From the NCBI RefSeq assembly GCF_004010195.1, contig NC_057758.1, positions 7,809,510-7,867,690 on the forward strand: a DNA stretch of 58,181 nucleotides, given 5' to 3'. The stretch's first letter is position 1. Every line of letters begins with the position of its first letter. Of the stretch, positions 50,965 through 58,181 are shown piece after piece. Under the pieces are notes generated by a model. It saw only the letters and a list, made by a program, of their open reading frames with translations. It had not been told where the DNA came from and did no database searches. The position numbers and the translations under genes were made by a program. The stretch is from Chiloscyllium plagiosum. Lineage: Eukaryota.

Positions 50965-51290
50965 ACATCCGATAGCCCAACCCAAAGTGAGCGTTTGAAG
51001 CTAACTTTGAAATGTATAAATTAAGCAAAATTAGCCTGAATACACAAAGGTTGGTTTCTGCCTAATTAAATGAAAGGACGTGGAAGGGAATTATCTTTCT
51101 GTTCTGGATGGCCAACTCATTGGAGTGCTTTATCTCAGAGTCTAGTCGTTGTCAGTGAGTGACTGATGGCTCTTGGTGCGGTCTGACATTTTTGTCTGGG
51201 CATCGTGAATGGGGACAGAAAAGCACAAAGTGAAACACGTGGAGCTGTGTATATCTTTGTGGTCAGAGCTTCACAGCTGAGAGTAAACAA
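50965..51290 (+). pseudogene. degenerate Ig C1-set domain relic
   Basis: AQPKVSV ... FCLIK ... TDGSW ... RGAVYI(F for C)VVRASQL. Confidence 0.45.
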
Positions 51291-51298
51291 CATTTGTG

Positions 51299-51612
51299 GG
51301 CGGCATGGTGGCACAGAGGTTAGCACTGAGACCCGGGTTCAATTCCCGCCTCAGACGACTGTCTGTGTGGAGTTTGCACGTTCTCCCCGTGTCTGCATGG
51401 GTTACCTCCGGGTGCTCCGGTTTCCTCCCACAGTCCAAAAATGTGCAGGTCAGGTGAATTGGCCATGCTAAATTGCCCGTAGTGTTAGGTAAGGGGTAAA
51501 TGTAGGGGTATGTGTGGGTTGCGTTTCGGCGGGTCGGTGTGGACCTGTTGGGCCGAAGGGCCTGTATCCACACTGTAATGTAATCTAATCTAAAAATGTA
51601 ATCTAAATCTAA
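51299..51612 (+). mobile_element. HE1-type SINE with a small deletion in the tRNA-derived head
   Basis: ggcggcatggtggcacagaggttagcactgagacccgggttcaattccc...taatctaatcta. Confidence 0.93.
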
Positions 51613-52019
51613 TTTGCCTTTCTGTCCTGCGGCCTCAAAGAACGTTCTCCCGCTGGCTGGTAGGGAAGGTGAACAGGAAATGCAGAGTCATATTACCATT
51701 AATCTCAGCCTTTGGACTGGAGACTGCTTCCCTTCCTGCAACTGGGGGACGTTCGCACTTACACTTTGGACCGGAAAACAACCCCAGAGATAGATGCCTT
51801 TCACAATGGCATGGGATTGTGGGAGGAAAGACGGTCATTGCTCTATCCATTGCACAGCGTTCCTCTGTCAGCTCGATTTGTTGGAACATACCTTAAAATC
51901 AGCAGAATTTGAAACCGGGCTTCTTCGTTCAGATATTAACAGCATGGGAAATTGCTGGAGAAACTCAGCAGTTCTGGCAGCACCTGCATACATAAAAATC
52001 CCACATATCATTGGCTACC

Positions 52020-52212
52020 ATCCAAAAAGATGTGCAGGGTTAGGTGAATTGGCCATGCTAAATTGCCCGTAGTGTTAGGTAAGGGGTAAATGTAGGGGTA
52101 TGGGTGGGTTTCGCTTCGGCGGGTCGGTGTGGACTTGTTGGGCCGAAGGCCCTGTTTCTACACTGTAATGTAATCTAATCTAAAATCTAATCTAATCTAA
52201 TCTAATCTAAAT
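52020..52212 (+). mobile_element. 5'-truncated HE1-type SINE
   Basis: 3' half nearly identical to 51433-51592, with a (TCTAA)n tail. Confidence 0.9.
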
Positions 52213-53067
52213 CGTAGGCTAACGGATTGTTTTGGGAAGGGATACTGATCAGAGATTTGGTGTGGACTCGGTGGCTCTAATTGTTTGTTTCCACACTTTA
52301 GGCTGTCACTGAAAACAGAGTTAATGCTTCAGAGACACATTCAAAAAAGATCTGCTCCCACACCACGGACGTTCAGAGCAACAATGTGAAACACATGCAT
52401 GATGAATTGCACAGACGCTCAGAATTTCCTTGGTGATCTCTTCACAAGACCAAGGGGGGAAGAATTGCAGAGGTCGGTCAGGTCATGATCCTAGGGGATT
52501 ACGCAGCAGAAATATACTATGCAGTGTTTTAAGAGATTGTGATTAAATTGATTTCCACTGGCGCCACATGGCTGCCCAGATGGGAGATTCCAGATCTGTA
52601 AATAATCTGCAGCATTTGGTAGAATGACTGTACCCAATAACACAACTGTATCCTCAGTGTGGCGGTAATATTCAATCTTCGCCATGACTGTGTGGTTTTC
52701 ATTTCTAACAATGCCAATGTAGATAGATGTGTGCGAGGCAGGAAGATTAGTAAGAAGGAAGGTAAGGACATTATTTCCCTTTCTGCTGGTTCTCTTGCCA
52801 CGAACTGCAGGTAGAGTCTGGCTTGCAAACCTCGATAAATTCGACGAGTCATTGGAGAACCCGAGACTTCCACGGTGAAAGCCGTTCAAATCCGAAAGCC
52901 AGTATGGAATCGAGTGCTGAATCCTCTCCAACAGTTTATTTCTGTTTGTTTTACCTTGGGGAGGTCAAGACCAACATATCAGGATGACACAATTGGTAAA
53001 GCAAGATATGAAAGACTCTGCCTGGGTTTTTGAGACCTCCCCTCTCTCCGATCAAATGAACGAAAGA

Positions 53068-53272
53068 GCTGAAAATGTGTTGCTGGAAAAGCGCAGCAGG
53101 TCAGGCAGCATCCAGGGAACAGGAGAATCGACGTTTCGGGCATAAGCCCTTCTTCAGGCTTATGCCCGAAACGTCGATTCTCCTGTTCCCTGGATGCTGC
53201 CTGACCTGCTGCGCTTTTCCAGCAACACATTTTCAGCTCTGATCTCCAGCATCTGCAGACCTCACTTTCTCC
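53068..53272. mobile_element. young Penelope-derived insertion forming a perfect inverted repeat, with 16-bp flanking duplication
   Basis: 84-bp arms at 53065-53148 and 53157-53240, 8-nt loop; tcaaatgaacgaaaga at 53052-53067 and 53273-53288. Confidence 0.9.
53130..53157 (-). ncRNA. minimal hammerhead ribozyme core
   Basis: CUGAAGA-AGGGC-UUAU-GCCC-GAAAC-GUC on the minus strand. Confidence 0.6.
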
Positions 53273-53473
53273 TCAAATGAACGAAAGACGAAGGCTTGAA
53301 CAACGGACATTGCAACGAGTTTTATTGATACGAGTTACAAAGCAGTAAGTCAGGGTCATTGGATCCACACAATGGAACACAGTCGATCTACAGAAGTAAC
53401 AATTTGCATGAGTGGGTGCCTCAGACTGGTCTCACTTCAGATTTATTTACTGTACATCTATTTTCTCTTGCAG

Positions 53474-53700
53474 CAGTATAGTCCAATTTCACAAATCCCA
53501 CTGTAAGGGAGTTCTTGTGGAAGACAAGGGGATCTCTTGCAAGTTCCTCTCTGGAGTGCACAAGAGTTGAAGAAACCGGTAAAACAGAAAGATATACTTA
53601 GATGATGTCTCCAGCCGGGACAATCTACCCTCCGTGTGTCATCAAACCTGGAAACATGGCGAGCATAAATGTTTACAGTACTGCCAGTGTGATCCAATCA
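53474..53700 (+). pseudogene. degenerate Ig C1-set exon relic
   Basis: ttttctcttgcag| acceptor; TNPTVREFLW / GDLLQVPLW / QSTLRVSSNLETWR. Confidence 0.45.
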
Positions 53701-55374
53701 AGGAGATGGACGCCAGAACTGTGTACAGTAATCCCAATGTAGGCTTACCAAGGGATGTAAAGATGAGAACAGTGCCCAGTGCTCTCAGTGACGTCTTATC
53801 AACGGAGATAGAGAGGAGAACTGTCTGCACCTTCCCAATGGGTCTCGGTGAGTTAGTATTCGGAGGATTGGTGGGGACATCTTGGGTCGAAGGGCCTGTT
53901 TCCACACAGTAAGGGTTCCATTAAAAGAATGTTGTCACTGGGACATATTGAGATAGGGACTGTGCACTGTGCTCCCACTGTCGTCGAACTGAGGGTTGTG
54001 GCGTCGAAATCTATGTACAGTGTTGTCTTACTAAGGAAGGTTGAGATCACATCAATGTTCAGTGAACAAAGTATAGTCTAACTAAGGGATATGGCGTCAA
54101 GGACAGTGCACAGTGCTTCCAATTTGGTCTGCGTTAGGGATATAGAGACCTGTCTAGTACGCATTGCTTCTACTGTGACTAAACGAAGGGACATCCAGTC
54201 CATGTTTTGTGCACAGTGCTATCAGTGTCGTTTAACTAAGGGAGAAGGAGCCGATTACAGTTAAATGTGTTATAAATTTGTCTTACAAAGGAGAATCTCA
54301 GATATTGCTACGCACAATGTTCGAAGTTGTGTCACACTGAATGCTATAGGGATCAGAACTGCCCACGGTGTCCCAATATGAGTTAACAAATGGAAATGTC
54401 GATCAGCTCTGTGCACAGACTTTTCTTTCGTATGCGAAGAAAAAAGGACAGAAGGAGATATACGAGTACGTTGTCAGAAAACATTTTTTAACATGATTGA
54501 TTTCAAGGAATCTTTCAGATAATTGATTGCATTTATACGGAGCGCATTCCTGTGCTCAATGCTCAGGCAGCTGAATAAAATCCGATAAAAATACAAACTG
54601 TCAGATCTCTTGGATTCATCAGAATTAGATGAGTTTGGGTTTCACAATTAAAGTGGCATGAGTGTCAAGTAATAATGTCGATACTGAAGGATATTGCAGA
54701 GATCGGGGGACGGGTCAAAAAGACATTTGAAAACGTTTCTCTATTCAAAGTGTAACGATGCATCTCCTTGTTGGATAGTTTTGGAGGGTAAATAATTAGC
54801 AGATTAAATCCAACAGTTTCTCGAAAATTATCCAAAATGCGACTGTAACATCATTTCGGAGCAGGGAGGGATGAGAATCTGGGCTGATTGAAAGAAGACA
54901 TACAAACAGTCAAATTCCAATACAAACCGGCACACACTTGAGGAGCTGATGGTGCTATAATTATTTTTCATAGAAATGTACTAATCGGGAAGGAAGAAAC
55001 TTGGTCTCGATTCTCCATTCGCAGTGATTGGTTCGACAAACACCAGGATGATGAGGAGCAAAAGCAGTGATTTCATCTTTCTCTAGAGAGTCTTTCAGAG
55101 TCATGGAGAGGTGACTGGAACACCGAGGCTCTTTAGAACAGATGAGTGACTACATTGTAGTTAATAATCACTGCTCAAAATTGAAGATTGGATTCACGAT
55201 GTGCTCATTATAAAGACATTTCACTTATACCAAATGTAGCTGGAGTCAAAGATTAAGATCTTCTGTCAATCAGTTACTTCTCAATGAACAGAGAAACCTA
55301 ACTGTTTACAACTTGACGTGGAGAAGGTTCACAGTAAACTTTCACACTGGATATGTACGTATTGTTTATTTTAG

Positions 55375-55690
55375 TTAAGGGGAATATTTGGCCGATCATT
55401 CCTCTGCTGTCTCTTTAAGTTCTCCCACAAAGAACTAACAGTGGCATTTTGTGCCAAATGGCTGAAGTTCCTATGTATTTAAATGCATTAATCGCTTCAC
55501 ACCTGTGAACGTTATTGCTCAATGCGACATAGCAGCACTACATGCTGATGCATTAGTGAAAGATATCATGTTACATTGAACACCAACAATATGAAGTGGA
55601 TCAAGCCACAATTCTGCCTGATATCTGACTCATCCCTGTACGAAGTTCAGCTACGATCGTAATATTATTAAAGAACAGAGTGGGAGCTCA
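55375..55690 (+). pseudogene. degenerate Ig C1-set exon relic
   Basis: tttattttag| acceptor; PIIPLLS / LKFLCI / INRFTPVNVIAQ(C for W). Confidence 0.5.
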
Positions 55691-55749
55691 CGTTTCGTCC
55701 TTGCTCCCTGTTACTGTTGTTCTTGGTGATTGAACTGTCCCTTTAACTG

Positions 55750-56055
55750 TTCCAACGTCGGGCCAAACTCAATCAGCCTGAGGTCAGGAAAACCGCAATG
55801 TGTTCTGCCCGTTAATAATGAGCTTCTGTTCTCCAGGAGGTCACTGTGTCTGTGAGGGGAAGAGTAAAGAATGAGACAGGTGCTGCCTTTTCTCTTTGGG
55901 TGCCCGGCCCTGGCGTTGGTACAGTCTTTCATTGTTGCTGGAGTTGTGCCCTTGCTTGATGTTACGGGACATGAATCTATCTCAGCGTGCACTACTGGTA
56001 GGAACTTCCTGGAAAAGAGAATCACTTTTTATCCACTCACGTCTCATGTGACTTT
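55750..56055 (+). pseudogene. degenerate Ig C1-set domain relic
   Basis: RKTA / VFCPLIMSFCSP / EVTVS / LLVGTSWKRESLF across frames. Confidence 0.4.
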
Positions 56056-56059
56056 GGCC

Positions 56060-57310
56060 AAGCACACTGGGAGAATTGTCCACCCTTCTTCGGTTTCCCC
56101 AACTTTGATGGTCCCAAGGGGAGCACTGTGTACTTCTGTGATTCCATTCTACCTTGGGCAGACCACACTGGGAGCAGTGTGCACTCCTCGGGTCCCAACC
56201 TACATTAGACAGACCGAACTTGGAGCCTTGTGTAATCGTCACGCAACAATCTATATTGACGAAATCACACTGTGAGCACTATGCAATACTGAGGTCCCTA
56301 CCTAATTTGAGCAGGGATATTTGAAAAATTATGTCCCAGTCTATATCGGACTGGCCACAATGGGAGCACTGTGTAATCCTGAGTTCTCCAACGACTTGTT
56401 CGAAGAGCACACTGGGAGCAGTGTATGATTCTTATGTCCCTATCTACCTTGGACAGATCACACTGGGAGCACTGTGTAATCCTCAATTCCCAATCTACAT
56501 TGAGCAGGCCACACTGTGTGATCGTCATGCACCAATGTAGATGGAGTAAACCACACTGTGAACACTGTGCAATCCTGAGCACCAACCCTATTTTGAGCAA
56601 GCTACACTGGGAGCAGTGCGTAATTCCCACATCCCAATCGAAATTGGACAGACCACAATGGGAGCCGTGTGCACTCCTACGGTCCCAATCGACATTAGAG
56701 AGACCAAACTTGGAGTTTTGTGTAACCGTCACGCACCAATCTATATTGAGCAAATCACACTGTGTGCACTAGGCAATACTGAGGTCCCTACCTAATTTGA
56801 GCAGGGATATTTGTAAACATTACGTCCCAGTCTATATCAGACTGGCCACAATGGGAGCACTGTGTAATCCTGAGTTCCCCAACTACTTTTCGAAGAGCAC
56901 ATTAGGAACAGTGTATGATTCTTAGGTCCCTAACTGCCTTGGACTGATCACACTGGGAGTACTGTGTAATTCTCAAGTCCCAATCTACATTGAGCAGGCC
57001 ACACTGTGTAATCGTCATGCACCAATGTAGATGGAGTAAACCACACTGTGAGCACTGTGCAATCCTGAGGTCCAACCCTACTTTGAGCAAGCTACACTGG
57101 GAGCAGTGCGTAATCCCCACGTCCCAATCGACATTGGACAAACCACAATGGGAGCATTTTGCAGATCACACTGGGAGGACTGCGAACTTTTCAGGTCCCA
57201 ACATACGTTGGACGGAATACAATGGGAACACTACGCAGACCAGATCGCGAGCACTGGCGAGGTCGCAGTACCTAATCTACATCAGGCAGAAAACACTGGG
57301 TGCACAGTAC
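56060..57310 (+). repeat. ~47-bp unit satellite with a 490-bp higher-order duplication
   Basis: cacactgggagcactgtgtaatcctgagNtccc units; gtccctacctaatttgagcagg at 56295 and 56785; older, oppositely oriented related array at ~53700-54420. Confidence 0.88.
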
Positions 57311-57639
57311 ATTGCTCATCTTCCAAAATCCATTGAGCAGTCGTATCCCTCAGGACGATGTTGATCTGTCTCAACCAACGGTGGATAATAAACCAATTTA
57401 TGTGCATGTTAGAATCGTGACCATTGCTGCACCACGTAATGAGTGGCGCAACACACAATGTTCCAAACCACCGACCCCCTCCCCACCCAGCGTGTTCGCT
57501 TTAATCCTCTGAGTTATGGTGATAGCAATGTCTGTCATTCAGGCACTTAGAGATCACGTGGAACCGTAGCCCCTTGCTCCAGTGATTTTACGATAAGTTG
57601 AATAATGCTTACTGCATTAAATAATGCCTCTGGATTCTC

Positions 57640-57890
57640 TTTACTTTCTGAATCGCCGTCTTTTTGTATGAACAGGAGAGGGACAGCACAGAGATTCTGA
57701 GGGCCCCTTTGAAATGTATTCGCCCTAATAACCCCAGTCGCGGGATCATATTTTACACCCAATGCATTGGCCTCGTCCGTCACCATCCTGGGGATGTTCT
57801 GTTTCAGAGCAGAGATCCCACAGAACACCAGTCAACTCACCGCCTCAACTGAGGAAGATCCACATTTCCTTTGCGTTAGTTGATTGCAGA
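57640..57890 (+). pseudogene. degenerate Ig C1-set domain relic
   Basis: APLKCI ... QNTSQLTASTEEDPHFLCVS (SxLT.STEE(W)...F.C.V pattern with a deletion). Confidence 0.35.
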
Positions 57891-58181
57891 TCTCCGTGAC
57901 TGAACTGTCCCTTTAAAAGATTCGCATTGGAACTCGCCCTCTGCGTATATGTGTGTGTTTGTGTGTGTGTGTTAACTCATGAGCACACTTGTGTTTGTGC
58001 GTGTTTGTGTGCGTTAGGGAGAGAACGATAATGAATGACAGAAAATAAAGAGCTTCTGCCTTCCAGTGAACACAACTGGCACCGAAGAGCTCAACAGAAA
58101 GCAACAAAAGCCTTGCTTTTTCTCCTTTGAACCTTGTTGTCAATGCAACCCATTACTGCTGGAGGAGGAATTAGTGCAAGA

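Larger units (their letters stand above)
52960..53415 (+). pseudogene. Ig C1-set relic interrupted by a Penelope-derived insertion
   Basis: RLCL ... TDIATSFIDTSYKAVSQ / STQWNT across the insertion. Confidence 0.4.

Noticed and set aside
51299..51350. tRNA gene
   Set aside because: tRNA-derived head of an HE1 SINE, not a tRNA
56060..57310. CACAGTG/CACTGTG heptamers as recombination signal sequences; Cys/His-rich zinc-finger-like ORFs
   Set aside because: No ACAAAAACC-like nonamer at 12/23 spacing was seen; these are satellite units
57547..57828. 93-aa minus-strand ORF, and a weak defensin-like Cys pattern at 57420-57540 (-)
   Set aside because: No recognisable family; Cys set incomplete with an in-frame stop

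Overview
Eukaryotic, repeat-rich genomic DNA from a cartilaginous fish (shark), identified by multiple HE1-type SINEs, CR1/HER1-type LINE relics, Penelope-like elements and shark-type minisatellites. There are four assembly gaps. No long intact ORF is present, and most of the supplied ORF track is noise from repeats, low-complexity DNA and N runs. Reading between the repeats gives two immune-related signals. (1) Two intact, paralogous beta-defensin-like terminal exons on the + strand (24075-24241 and 38436-38554). Both have the six-Cys C-x6-C-x4-C-x10/11-C-x5-CC motif and near-identical splice acceptors, and neither is cationic. (2) About 25 heavily frameshifted immunoglobulin-superfamily relics (C1-set and V-set), including long tandem C1 arrays (0.3-13.2 kb and 50.7-57.9 kb) and an apparent leader-V-C1-C1-C1 unit with no recognisable RSS/D/J (46.1-43.1 kb, minus strand). 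The C1 part of that unit is copied in a ~4 kb inverted segmental duplication that brackets one defensin exon. Penelope termini carry minimal hammerhead-ribozyme cores. The Ig-relic calls come from manual motif reading across frameshifts: individually weak, collectively suggestive, and in need of profile searches.
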